Source: an uncultured bacterium (GTDB lineage Bacteria; Patescibacteriota; Microgenomatia; Levybacterales; UBA12049). From it: DNA of 64,000 nt. Each line of letters opens with the position of its first letter. Position 1 is the first letter of the stretch. Of this stretch, positions 37,700 through 47,502 are shown piece after piece. Below the pieces are notes generated by a model. The model did not search any database and had not been told where the DNA came from. It saw nothing but the letters and a program-made list of their open reading frames with translations. The stretch lies in NCBI GenBank assembly GCA_963826535.1, contig CAWGXL010000011.1, positions 320,809 through 384,808 of the forward strand, written 5' to 3'. The position numbers were made by a program, and so were the translations under genes.

Positions 37700-38873
37700 C
37701 AGGGAGAAGCGGGTATTATTGCGGGTTGATTTTAATGTGCCACTTAAATCCGATGGAAGTATTGCGGATGATTCGCGGATCCGGGAGACAGTTCAGACGA
37801 TTAAATATCTACTGGAGCGGCAAAATAAAGTTATTATTGTTTCCCATTTAGGACGGCCTGAGGAAAGAAATTTTCATGATTCATTAGTCGAGTTCATGGC
37901 ATTGTCCTTAGAAAAAGTTGGGCGCAGACTTCACGCTTATTTACCGGATTATCATGGACATTTTGTTCCTGATTTCCTGAAAGATACTCATATCCTGGAA
38001 CAACTAAAACCACGTGAATTTGCGGTTTTGGAGAATATTCGTTTTTATCCGGGAGAAGTAACTAACGACCGCGAGTTTGCTTTGCAACTGGCAAAACTCG
38101 CAGACGTGTACGTTAATGACGCTTTTGCAGTCAGCCATAGAGAGGCAGCGTCTGTTGTAGGTATAACAAAGTACTTACCTTCTTACGGAGGATTTTTAAT
38201 GAAAAAAGAAATTACTATGCTTAGCAAGGTTACGGAAAATCCATTGAAACCATTTGTGGCAATTCTTGGGGGCAAGAAGATATCGACAAAGATAAAGTTT
38301 ATCAGTAAACTTACCAGGCTTGCTGATTATGTGCTTTTGTCAGGAGGGCTGGCTAATACTTTTTTAAAAGCACGGAGTGTTGAGATTGGAAAAAGTCTTT
38401 ATAGAAAGGAAGAAATGGGTCAAGTGAATTATTTGACTTCAGTAGCTCAGCGTCATGGAACAAAAATTGTCCTGCCGGAAGATGCGATCGTTGGCTCGAG
38501 CCCGGATAGCAACAGCAGTCAAGTGAAGTTAATTGGGAAACTTAGAAAATTTGATCAGATTCTTGATATCGGACCAAAAACTCAGGCTGCATATGAAACG
38601 ATCATAATCCGCGCAAAAACCATTATTTGGAATGGGCCTGTGGGGTATTTTGAGAATCCACTTTTTAGGCGAGGCAGTGATTTTATTTATTATGCTATTG
38701 AACAGAATCCACAAGCCGTATCTATCATTGGCGGTGGGGATACTTTGGCGGCTATTGCAAATAAGGAGAATTTGGATAAAATAACTCATATTTCTACAGG
38801 AGGAGGAGCTATGCTGGCTTTTATTGAACATGGGACGCTGGTGGGAATTGAAGCGTTGAAGAAATCCCAATAA
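37674..38873 (+). CDS. pgk: Phosphoglycerate kinase
   Basis: GDADIREKRVLLRVDFNVP N-terminus. C-terminal GGGDT...GGGA hinge and ATP-binding motifs. Confidence 0.9.
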   Translation: MKFIGDADIREKRVLLRVDFNVPLKSDGSIADDSRIRETVQTIKYLLERQNKVIIVSHLGRPEERNFHDSLVEFMALSLEKVGRRLHAYLPDYHGHFVPDFLKDTHILEQLKPREFAVLENIRFYPGEVTNDREFALQLAKLADVYVNDAFAVSHREAASVVGITKYLPSYGGFLMKKEITMLSKVTENPLKPFVAILGGKKISTKIKFISKLTRLADYVLLSGGLANTFLKARSVEIGKSLYRKEEMGQVNYLTSVAQRHGTKIVLPEDAIVGSSPDSNSSQVKLIGKLRKFDQILDIGPKTQAAYETIIIRAKTIIWNGPVGYFENPLFRRGSDFIYYAIEQNPQAVSIIGGGDTLAAIANKENLDKITHISTGGGAMLAFIEHGTLVGIEALKKSQ

Positions 38874-38888
38874 ACTAGTGTCAGGTTT

Positions 38889-40121
38889 TTGTCTGTTAGT
38901 CAAGCAATAGGTTGTGCATTCTTATATAAATTGCCTATGTTACAAGATAAGCTTGTCCGCTTGAAGGAAGAGAGGACGCTTTTGAGTACTGTTCCTGTGA
39001 ATTCTCATAGTCCAGCATTGGGCAACTCAGATTCCAGCTTGCCAGTACTTCATCCTTTAACACTTAAGTCTATTCAGTTAAATTTTTATAAGGAACTTGA
39101 AGATAGTATGGCCGGAAAAAAGACCAGTCTTCCATTTATTCTTCATTCCATTTCTACTCAACCACTAGTTTCTGAAAATGAAACTTTTCAGGTTATGGTT
39201 ATCGGTGGAAGTGTATTCAAACAAGCAATTGCCAAAAAGCGAAAAAATGGGGTTACTTTTTTAGATAAAAGTCAGGAAAAACTACCTGTTTTCCATACAA
39301 AGAACGATTTTATAACTTTAGTTGAGCAGCACTTAGACCCGACAGCCCGCGTTGTTGCCCTTAACTTTGCTTATCCGCTTGGTCCGGTTTTTGATGAAGG
39401 AAAACTTGATGGAGTTTTGCTTTCGGGGACAAAAGAGCATAGCTTTAAAGGCTTAGTTGGTGAACGGGTAGGGCAATCGCTTGAGAGGTACTTTTTGAAA
39501 AAATATAAAAGAAAAATAGATTTTGCAGTTGCCAATGATACTGTTTGCCTTTTGCTTTCCGGTTTGAGGAAAGCTTCATGGAACAAGCTGGCTTGCGGAA
39601 TTGTAGGAACCGGAGTCAATTTTGCTTTCTTCCTTGATGCTACGGATCTGGTAAATCTGGAGTCGGCAAATTTTAATAAATTTCCTGCTAGTCGTGAGAC
39701 TAAGGGCATTGATCTTCGCTCAACTCATACCGGCCAGGGATTATTTGAAAAAGAAACGGCTGGAGGCTATCTTTATCAACATTTCAATTCTATTGTTGCT
39801 AAACAGAAACTCCCCCACCCTCCACTTACTTCTACTTGGGAACTTAAAAAACTCGCTTTGCGGGATACAACTTGGATTACGCCAATTGCGCGAGGACTTA
39901 TAAAGAAATCGGCTGCGCTTATTGCCGCACAAATTGCCGGGATAACGTTATACAAGAGACGGGATATGACTTTTGTGATGGAAGGTAGTTTCTTTTGGGA
40001 TGAAGATATTTATAGGGAATATGTAGAGCATTATCTACGAATACTTATACCTGAGAGGAAGATTACTTTCGTTTCTGTGCCAGATAGTCCGTTTTTGGGA
40101 GCCGCAAAATTGGTTGCTTAA
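38889..40121 (+). CDS. Hexokinase-family sugar kinase (putative glucokinase)
   Basis: VMVIGGS, AVANDTVCLL, GIVGTGVNFAFF and LESANF resemble the hexokinase phosphate 1, sugar-binding, phosphate 2 and connect motifs. Confidence 0.45.
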   Translation: MSVSQAIGCAFLYKLPMLQDKLVRLKEERTLLSTVPVNSHSPALGNSDSSLPVLHPLTLKSIQLNFYKELEDSMAGKKTSLPFILHSISTQPLVSENETFQVMVIGGSVFKQAIAKKRKNGVTFLDKSQEKLPVFHTKNDFITLVEQHLDPTARVVALNFAYPLGPVFDEGKLDGVLLSGTKEHSFKGLVGERVGQSLERYFLKKYKRKIDFAVANDTVCLLLSGLRKASWNKLACGIVGTGVNFAFFLDATDLVNLESANFNKFPASRETKGIDLRSTHTGQGLFEKETAGGYLYQHFNSIVAKQKLPHPPLTSTWELKKLALRDTTWITPIARGLIKKSAALIAAQIAGITLYKRRDMTFVMEGSFFWDEDIYREYVEHYLRILIPERKITFVSVPDSPFLGAAKLVA

Positions 40122-40166
40122 CCTCTATATACTTTAACCCCTTGAATAACAAAATGTTGCCAAGAT

Positions 40167-41105
40167 TTAAATTAGTGCTTTTTTGGATTTGAGGAAGAAG
40201 TAGGCTACGATTGCAAAGGTTGATATAGGGGAAATCCAACTGGGGATATGAAATCCGAAACCTTCAAGAACCATGACGCAACCCAGAACGGCGATAGAGT
40301 ACATTGCGCCGTTTTTGAGATAAATGTAGCGTTTGATACGATCAATATTGCTGACAGTCATTTGCCGGACTATAATGGCTCCCAGTCCATTCCCGAGTAA
40401 AATAAGCGGTACTGAAAGAGTAAAAGCGAATGCTCCAAGGACTCCATCCAGAGAGAAGGTGGCATCGATTACCATAAGGTAAAAAACCTTACTGGTATCT
40501 GACAGCGATCCTTTTTTGTTTAGTAATTTTGCTTCCTGTTTGCCTGCGTTTTCGCGAAACCCGTGGGTGATGAAAAATGCGGTTGATCCAAGTACAGCGC
40601 CGAAGGCTATTAATTCGGACTGCTGCAGCGAAAACCAGACGATGGCAGAAAGCAATAAAGAAACAACAGCAAAAAACCAAACTCCTTGTGAGTTAAAAAA
40701 ACGTTCTCCCAATACCGCATAATTCTTTTCTTCAAGAAACAGCCAATAAAGGAATAAAAAAACTAGAAACACACCGCCGCCCATTAATAATATGGGGGCT
40801 GCCGCTTCTATGGCTTCATGTATTGCCGGGTCATTGCTAAAGGTTGCGGTGAATGCCCCGATCGGTCCCAGACTAGGAACAGTGCCCCAGACAATAAGCC
40901 AGGGCAGAAATCCGCGGACAACAAAAACAGCGAACAGTATTCCCCACAACAAAAACCATTTCCGCGCTTTTTTGCCCATCCCATGCAGCACTTCAGCGTT
41001 GATAATCGCGTTATCAATACTGCTTACGGTTTCAAAAAGGCAGAGGCCGGCGATTATAAGGAGGATAGATAATAAATCCATAACCTGAAGTATACCACTT
41101 CGCAA
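40167..41105 (-). CDS. TerC-family integral membrane protein
   Basis: ETVSSIDNAII motif and about 7 TM helices. Confidence 0.55.
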   Translation of the reverse strand: MRSGILQVMDLLSILLIIAGLCLFETVSSIDNAIINAEVLHGMGKKARKWFLLWGILFAVFVVRGFLPWLIVWGTVPSLGPIGAFTATFSNDPAIHEAIEAAAPILLMGGGVFLVFLFLYWLFLEEKNYAVLGERFFNSQGVWFFAVVSLLLSAIVWFSLQQSELIAFGAVLGSTAFFITHGFRENAGKQEAKLLNKKGSLSDTSKVFYLMVIDATFSLDGVLGAFAFTLSVPLILLGNGLGAIIVRQMTVSNIDRIKRYIYLKNGAMYSIAVLGCVMVLEGFGFHIPSWISPISTFAIVAYFFLKSKKALI

Positions 41106-41183
41106 TCATTTTTCAAAAATGATTGCTTCGTTAGGCATTATACTTATTGTAATTTGAAAACAGAGGTGTATATACCAAAATTT

Positions 41184-43862
41184 TTATTTTTTTGAAAATT
41201 TAAAGTTGAGGTTTTTGTCTTCGGAGAGTTTGTCAGTGTGGAGCAATTTCCCACCAACATCAGTAAAACCCGAAGCACCATGAATTACCTGATAAGCTTT
41301 GGGGTACGCAATAGAAAAGGAGTATGGGTCGCTTGCAGTACCCGCCTGTTTAAAAAGAGATAGGTCGTAGGTAAAAACGGGCTTGGCTGGATTATAGACG
41401 TTTGCCAGTGAATAGGTAATTGAAATTTTTTGGGACGATTGCATAGGAATGATTGTTAGAAAGCCGTAGATCGTCTTTCCCGATTGCTTTGTTTTTTCCA
41501 CTTCTAATTGTTGCGGCGGAATGAAACCTTTTTTTGTAAATTCATTAACTTGTGTAATCGCGCTAGTTGTGGCGATTTCGACTTCATTCACTTCAACCGA
41601 TTGCAGAAGGGCACTCTCGGGTAAAATAAAACGAAGATAATTTTTATAGTCTCCGCCAAACGGACTTTCTTTTTTACTGGTATTTTCGTAGGCAACAGTT
41701 GTCGTTTCCCGGGCACTCCCCTTCTCATCAATATTGACTTTTTGTATGATTGAACGATTTATATAGAAGTTGGTTTTGTTCATGCCAAGGTTGGCTTCAT
41801 TAATACCTAAAAAATCTAAAAATTTGTTGTCTTCTTTTTCCCGGTTATCTTTTAAAGATCCAGATAGCTTATTGACAGTCAGGACTATTTGGGTTTCTGT
41901 ATTGGGAACTGCAATTAAGAGATGTTTTTGTTTCAAGGCAAAGCTTAAATTCTTAACCAACGGAATAAAAGGAATTTTTTGGTCTGCGGTGAGTTTTGAT
42001 TCCAGCGCATTATATACTGCTCTTAGGAAGTCTTTTTTTTGCGTGGAGCCGGGAAAGAAATCTTTTTCAGCATGAGTTTCAGTCAACAAAAAGAAATTGT
42101 CTGCAGTTACTGTCTCTTTGAAGTCGGTAATATGCAGAGGGCCAAATATAGCGATTAAGTTTTTTACAAAATCAGTGTCAATCGCAATGACACCATCAAC
42201 TTTTTCGCCTGTTTCAAGTTCTAAAAAGTTTTGGGCCTTCCCAGCATTGACGGTAAAATCTACATCGAAATTACTATCACGTAAAAATAGATGAGGCGCG
42301 CCAAGATATCTGCGCAGGGCGAATGGAGGTTCGATGTGGGCTGATAATTTTCCGTCCGCATCGTAGACGTCATGGATTTCTAATTTGCCCGTTTTTCCGT
42401 TTTGAATGTCAACTGTGGCGAATGAACCAATAAAGCCTCCTCCAGGACGCAGTTCCATATTATTTTGAAATAGAATTAAATATTTTCTTTTCCCGTTGAA
42501 ACCAAGTAATTCCGGATAGATGTCTATTGTATTTCCAAGTAAAGTTAAGGCGTGTTCGTGTGAGTTGACTTTTTCCAGAATTACCGGAGGAAGGCGGCCT
42601 TCGGCTTTCAACTTTTGCAGAGTTACTAAATTGTTTTTTATTTTTGCAATTACAAGAAGAAAATCATTTTTGGGGTCGGTGGTTTTTTCTTCCAAGATGG
42701 ATTTGACGATAATGGCGGTATCTAAAAAATCACTATTAATTTCGCTTAAGCTAATACCAACTTGCGCTTTTTGGGTTAGCGGTTCTTTTTGGGTTAAGAG
42801 GACAGGGTTAATGCCAGACAGGTTTTGACCGATAAAACCAGAGGTGGCAAAGCTAGCTTTTGCAACCAGATTATATTTTTGAGCCATTGGTATATTTTTG
42901 TCCTGCGCTGTTTTAATAGATTCATTGAGAAAAAAGCCACCTCCCAAAAGCAACATAAATTCCAGAAATAAGGGGAGCAGAAAATATAGTAGACATAAAA
43001 AAAGCAAAAGGGGTAAATGAATTTTTTTTGAATGCCGGTTGGCGGGTTTTATTTGTTTTATTTTTTTCTTGGAATGGTCAATAGATAAGTCGATTTTTCT
43101 TAACTTTTCTTCTATGTCGTAGCTTGGAAAGAGATATTGCGCTTCTTGGGGAAAGTAGTATTCAGTTTCTTTATATTTCTGCTTTTTAAAGCTTATTTTG
43201 ATTAATGGGTCCAGTTTTTGAAAGGCTCTGGCAATTGCCAATTGCGTAAATCCATGTTTGGGGATAAGAAGAATTGTTTTGTCTTTTAAGGGATGAGTAA
43301 AGGCGATGGCAATAATTGCATCGCAGACATCCTCAAATAAAATGGGATAGGATTTTTGAAGACCATTGCCAGTTATTTCTATTTTTTTTAGGGAGCGTAC
43401 TTGGTGAATATAGTTTGTTAGTAAATTGTGTTCGAATCCAACATGCCCAAATATTTCACCATAGATTACCTGTGTTGTTTTTTCATAACGGCCTTGGGCG
43501 AGTAGTTTTTTTAATTTATTGTCAAATGACGCAAGCGATGTTATAAAAATTTGTTTGGCGTTGATCTCAATTGCTTTTTTTGCAATTGAGGGAAGCATGT
43601 CAATTGTTGTTTTTTCGCCATGGAAAACAGTGATCATAATGGAATACTGTTCGTCAGGTATACTTGGTATTTTTTTGCCGTAATGTATATGAATCAGATT
43701 AGCGTGTGATTTTATCTCTTTTTCACTTACTAGGACTATTAGGAATTGATGTTTTAATTTTTCTATGAGTGCATCGGCTAATTCGCCGTTTTTGTCGATA
43801 ATGAGTATGGGGGAATCTTGTGTTGTCTCGCTGATAATTAAGTGAGGCCTGGTGGCGGGCAT
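41184..43862 (-). CDS. Large membrane-anchored protein with extracytoplasmic domain (DUF4012-like?)
   Basis: Cytoplasmic N-terminal region of about 270 aa, a single TM, then an extracellular region of about 600 aa. I recognise no catalytic motif. Confidence 0.3.
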   Translation of the reverse strand: MPATRPHLIISETTQDSPILIIDKNGELADALIEKLKHQFLIVLVSEKEIKSHANLIHIHYGKKIPSIPDEQYSIMITVFHGEKTTIDMLPSIAKKAIEINAKQIFITSLASFDNKLKKLLAQGRYEKTTQVIYGEIFGHVGFEHNLLTNYIHQVRSLKKIEITGNGLQKSYPILFEDVCDAIIAIAFTHPLKDKTILLIPKHGFTQLAIARAFQKLDPLIKISFKKQKYKETEYYFPQEAQYLFPSYDIEEKLRKIDLSIDHSKKKIKQIKPANRHSKKIHLPLLLFLCLLYFLLPLFLEFMLLLGGGFFLNESIKTAQDKNIPMAQKYNLVAKASFATSGFIGQNLSGINPVLLTQKEPLTQKAQVGISLSEINSDFLDTAIIVKSILEEKTTDPKNDFLLVIAKIKNNLVTLQKLKAEGRLPPVILEKVNSHEHALTLLGNTIDIYPELLGFNGKRKYLILFQNNMELRPGGGFIGSFATVDIQNGKTGKLEIHDVYDADGKLSAHIEPPFALRRYLGAPHLFLRDSNFDVDFTVNAGKAQNFLELETGEKVDGVIAIDTDFVKNLIAIFGPLHITDFKETVTADNFFLLTETHAEKDFFPGSTQKKDFLRAVYNALESKLTADQKIPFIPLVKNLSFALKQKHLLIAVPNTETQIVLTVNKLSGSLKDNREKEDNKFLDFLGINEANLGMNKTNFYINRSIIQKVNIDEKGSARETTTVAYENTSKKESPFGGDYKNYLRFILPESALLQSVEVNEVEIATTSAITQVNEFTKKGFIPPQQLEVEKTKQSGKTIYGFLTIIPMQSSQKISITYSLANVYNPAKPVFTYDLSLFKQAGTASDPYSFSIAYPKAYQVIHGASGFTDVGGKLLHTDKLSEDKNLNFKFSKK

Positions 43863-44124
43863 ATATCTTTAATGATACACGTAAGAAGCGTAAAACTCAA
43901 AGCGAAATCCTTAAGCTTTACTTAGGACACGAGTGTAAAGTAAAAGACGACTTCATTTAGCTTATCGTAATTTTTTCTAAGATTCGTAAATTTTTCTACC
44001 ATATGATTTGTGCTATAATGGGGGTCTTTTTTTGCGAAAAGCAAAGTATCGTAAATTTTTCAGGGAGCCGAGGGCGAATGGATAGTAGCGAATGGCAAAT
44101 GGCGAATAGAAAATAGATAGGGAT

Positions 44125-45471
44125 TTATAAAGCCCAGCAGAGGCCGAGGATGATGACGAAGAGGAGTTGGCCTTGTTGGAGCGTGAGCCAGTAGTGATCG
44201 AATTGGCCGAGGATAAGAATTAGTGAAACCAGAGTCAGGAGAATTTTGTGAGTCGGAGTATTATATTTTAATAGGCGCCTGTAGGTTTCGAGGAGAAACC
44301 AGATAAAAAATACAAGTCCGATGATTCCAGTTTCGGCAGCAGTTAGTAAGTAAATATTGTGTACAGGTTGGAGTTCGTTAATTTGAGACGCGGGTTTTTG
44401 TACTTGACTTAAGACCGGGAGAAAGTTGTATAAGCCGACGCCAAATAATAGATGTGTCTTAATAATAGTAACCGAACTTTGGATTAATTCTGTTCTTTGG
44501 ACAATTGCTTTTTCAGTGGGCCTTGTCTCTTCCAGACGGGGGAAAACCGGAGTAAAAAGAAATAAACCGACCGCAATTATAGTGACAATAAGGACAGTAC
44601 TCGTGATAATTATTGGCGATTTATTTTTTATTTGTTTGACCAAAAAGTTGAATAGTAATACTAAAATCGCAAGAATCCAAAGGATAATAGCAATTCTACT
44701 AAGAGTCAACAGTAGAGCGATTGAGCCAAGTAAAAGGGCGGTTGTTTTTAGAATTTTTTTAGACTTGTTTAATCTATCATCTAAAAGGGCAAAAATAAAT
44801 ACTAATGCAGTGAGCAAAAATCCGGCGAGTACATTAGGGTGGGGGAATGTGCCATATGGCCGAAGAATTAACTGGCCGTTTATTGAGGCGTTGGCAATGC
44901 CAGGCGTAAAAGAGGCAAATTTTCTTTCTCCCAGGAAATAAAGCAGGCCGTTTATAGAACCCTGATGGATATATTGCGCGATTGCCAGAAGTGACTCTCC
45001 TACCACAGCAAAGGCGAAGAGCATGGCAATTGTTGTTAATTCTTTTTTGGTTTTTATATTTTTCGCTATGTATAATCCTAAAAAAGTCAATTCCAAAATT
45101 TTTAAAAATCCGTAGAACGAGAGGAGTGGGTTATTTGAAAAAACGGTGTTTATAATGAGATAGACAAAAAAGATTAGCCAGCCCATTTTAGAGGTCACTA
45201 ATTCGCGTAAAAACGTATCAATTTTTTGTTTTTTTAACCAAAATAAAAATAGTGCCAGGATTAATAAATCTGTAACAAAGAGAGTGGGGGAGAGATAGTC
45301 TATTCTGATTCCAAAGACTTGTGAGAAGGGTGGCCAGAAATGTTTACCGAATTGGGTTGGCAATAGTAGGACAAAGAGGTAGAGGGTGAGTTTTTCTAAA
45401 TCAGGCTTTGGGCTTAATAATGAGAACTCTTTCTTTCCCTTCGCCGCTGGACTCGGAGGTAATTTGTTCAT
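44125..45471 (-). CDS. Polytopic membrane protein, O-antigen ligase/polymerase (Wzy_C)-like
   Basis: About 12 TM helices, with a large periplasmic loop late in the protein as in O-antigen ligase-type proteins. Confidence 0.35.
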   Translation of the reverse strand: MNKLPPSPAAKGKKEFSLLSPKPDLEKLTLYLFVLLLPTQFGKHFWPPFSQVFGIRIDYLSPTLFVTDLLILALFLFWLKKQKIDTFLRELVTSKMGWLIFFVYLIINTVFSNNPLLSFYGFLKILELTFLGLYIAKNIKTKKELTTIAMLFAFAVVGESLLAIAQYIHQGSINGLLYFLGERKFASFTPGIANASINGQLILRPYGTFPHPNVLAGFLLTALVFIFALLDDRLNKSKKILKTTALLLGSIALLLTLSRIAIILWILAILVLLFNFLVKQIKNKSPIIITSTVLIVTIIAVGLFLFTPVFPRLEETRPTEKAIVQRTELIQSSVTIIKTHLLFGVGLYNFLPVLSQVQKPASQINELQPVHNIYLLTAAETGIIGLVFFIWFLLETYRRLLKYNTPTHKILLTLVSLILILGQFDHYWLTLQQGQLLFVIILGLCWAL

Positions 45472-45871
45472 CGCTTTGAAAATAAAGATGAATTATTCTT
45501 CGCTCCCATGGCTTAAGGGAGAAAAGCACTTGCTCTTTGTTATCTGCGAGGGATTTTTCTTTGGTTTCCCGGGCTAATTTTTCCAAATATTCAGTCCTGT
45601 TTTTTTTATAACCGTCGACTTCGATCGAGATTCTTAAGAAGCGGCCAAGCTCTTTGGAGATAATCAAAGAGAAAATCAGTTGGAGGGATTCGAGCGCTTC
45701 ACCATGATAACCAATTACCATGCCTGTGTCTTTAGTCTCCAGAGAAATATCAAGATGGTCAACTTGTGGCTGAACTTCAAATGTACCTTCAATTTCGAGC
45801 TTAGAGAGGAGTTTTTTTACAGCTTCTTCTACTTGTTTTAGTTCTTTTCGAGAAAGGCTTATTTCTTCCAT
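45401..45871 (-). CDS. khpB: RNA-binding protein Jag/KhpB (KH plus R3H)
   Basis: C-terminal R3H motif LKPWERRIIHLYF. Sits at the canonical position downstream of yidC. Confidence 0.7.
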   Translation of the reverse strand: MEEISLSRKELKQVEEAVKKLLSKLEIEGTFEVQPQVDHLDISLETKDTGMVIGYHGEALESLQLIFSLIISKELGRFLRISIEVDGYKKNRTEYLEKLARETKEKSLADNKEQVLFSLKPWERRIIHLYFQSDEQITSESSGEGKERVLIIKPKA

Positions 45872-46686
45872 TTTGATTTATTTACCCAGTTAGACAATCC
45901 GCCCAGACCTTGTATTTGATACTGCTGTATGATACCAAAAATTGTGAAAGTATTCCAGTATAAGGATAATCCAATTGCAAACTGGTAAGAAACGACACCA
46001 ATTATAAGCGGTGTCATATAAAGCATTTGGGTTTGTAATGTTTGGGCGAAGTCGAGTGGTTGAGGCTTATTGGGCTTGGCAGCTTGCTCAGCTATTACGG
46101 CGGGCTTTGGAAGTATCATCATTTTTGTTTGGATAAATTGCAATACGGCTGTAATGATAGGGATTAAAAATATTAAGTAACCCATGGAGGAGATTAATTC
46201 TCCGGGGCTTTCTACAAGCGGCAGACCAAAAAAGCCAGTGTCCCAGGCGTGATCTAGCTTAAGAAAGTCAAAATAAGTTATTTTATTTATTACGGATATT
46301 GTTTCTTGGGGTTTTAGGTCAATAACTTTCAGGATCGTATAATAAAATCCGTAAAGCAAGATAATTTGGATTAGAGTAGGTAAACAGCCGGCTACCGGAT
46401 TTACTCCGTGTTCTTTGAAAAGAGCCATTTGCTCTTGCTGCAGTCCCTTAGGATTACCTTTGTATTTTTCTTTTAACTTATTTATAAGGGGTTGCATTTC
46501 CTGCATTTTTTGTGAGGTTTTGATCTGGGTGACAGTAAATGGGTAGAGCAAGAATCGGATAAGAACGGTGCTGAGAATAATTGAGAAGCCCAGACTGAAC
46601 GGAATATGAAGGTAGGCTAATACCTGGTATATGGCAACCAAAATATTAATTAGGGGATTTACTAAGATTGTATCAAATATTTCCAT
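45859..46686 (-). CDS. yidC: Membrane protein insertase YidC (short form)
   Basis: 60 kDa inner-membrane-insertase fold with 5 TM helices, in the rnpA-yidD-yidC context. Confidence 0.8.
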   Translation of the reverse strand: MEIFDTILVNPLINILVAIYQVLAYLHIPFSLGFSIILSTVLIRFLLYPFTVTQIKTSQKMQEMQPLINKLKEKYKGNPKGLQQEQMALFKEHGVNPVAGCLPTLIQIILLYGFYYTILKVIDLKPQETISVINKITYFDFLKLDHAWDTGFFGLPLVESPGELISSMGYLIFLIPIITAVLQFIQTKMMILPKPAVIAEQAAKPNKPQPLDFAQTLQTQMLYMTPLIIGVVSYQFAIGLSLYWNTFTIFGIIQQYQIQGLGGLSNWVNKSKWKK

Positions 46687-46918
46687 ATTTTAAACCGAAA
46701 GGTTGACAATGGAGCAGGCGAATTAGCCCCATTTTTATACCTTTTATTAATCCATATTTTTCAATTGCTTTTTTTGTGTACTGAGAGCAAGAGGGGGTAA
46801 AGCGGCACATTGATTTTACACCAATCAAATTTTTTAAGAGGGGGGAGAAAACTGTTTGATAGATTGATATGATTGTGATTGCTAATTTGTTCATTTGTTC
46901 ATTTCCCCATTTGTTCAA
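46673..46918 (-). CDS. yidD: Membrane protein insertion efficiency factor YidD
   Basis: IYQTVFSPLL...CRFTPSCSQY motif. Confidence 0.85.
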   Translation of the reverse strand: MNKWGNEQMNKLAITIISIYQTVFSPLLKNLIGVKSMCRFTPSCSQYTKKAIEKYGLIKGIKMGLIRLLHCQPFGLKYGNI

Positions 46919-46922
46919 TTGT

Positions 46923-47276
46923 TCAATTGTTCAATTGTTCAATTTGTAAATTTATTAACTGTTTTTTTCTAAAGAGTTTTTCAATTTCATTGTAAAAAAT
47001 CTCTCGTTTTTGACCAACTGCGTTTTTTTGTAATATAAAAAGCATATCATATCCAACGATTATTTTTAGCTGCATTTCTTCTATGCAGGAGCGTAACGCT
47101 CGTTTAGTCCTATTCCTAGTCACTGATCTTTTGTCAATTTTTTTAGCAATAACAAATCCAAACCTGCTAAAAGGGAGGTTATTTTTCGCAATCATAACTC
47201 TCAAGGTTTGTAATTTGTACGAGGAAGAATGAAATAGCTTAACTTTTGCCGGTAACCGATATTTTCTCTTCAACAT
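46923..47276 (-). CDS. rnpA: Ribonuclease P protein component
   Basis: Basic protein with RFGFVIAKKIDKRSVTRNRTKRALR (RNR motif). Confidence 0.85.
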   Translation of the reverse strand: MLKRKYRLPAKVKLFHSSSYKLQTLRVMIAKNNLPFSRFGFVIAKKIDKRSVTRNRTKRALRSCIEEMQLKIIVGYDMLFILQKNAVGQKREIFYNEIEKLFRKKQLINLQIEQLNN

Positions 47277-47288
47277 TACAGTAAGACT

Positions 47289-47423
47289 TTATACAGCAAG
47301 TCTTTTCCTGCTCTTGCCTCTTCTTCTTTTTAGCACCTTTTGTCCAGCATGCGTCCTATTTCTAACCAGGAAACCGTGCTTACGCTTGCGCTTTACTTTT
47401 TTTAATTTAACAAGTTTTTCCAT
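47289..47423 (-). CDS. rpmH: Ribosomal protein L34 (missed by the ORF track, under 60 aa)
   Basis: Minus-strand translation gives MEKLVKLKKVKRKRKHGFLVRNRTHAGQKVLKRRRGKSRKRLAV, the canonical L34, immediately upstream of rnpA. Confidence 0.85.
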   Translation of the reverse strand: MEKLVKLKKVKRKRKHGFLVRNRTHAGQKVLKRRRGKSRKRLAV

Positions 47424-47502
47424 ATGATATAAGTATAACAGATATAAATGCCTATTGACAAGAAGTTTTCCACATTATTAAATAGCATTCACTTGTCTAA
47501 CT

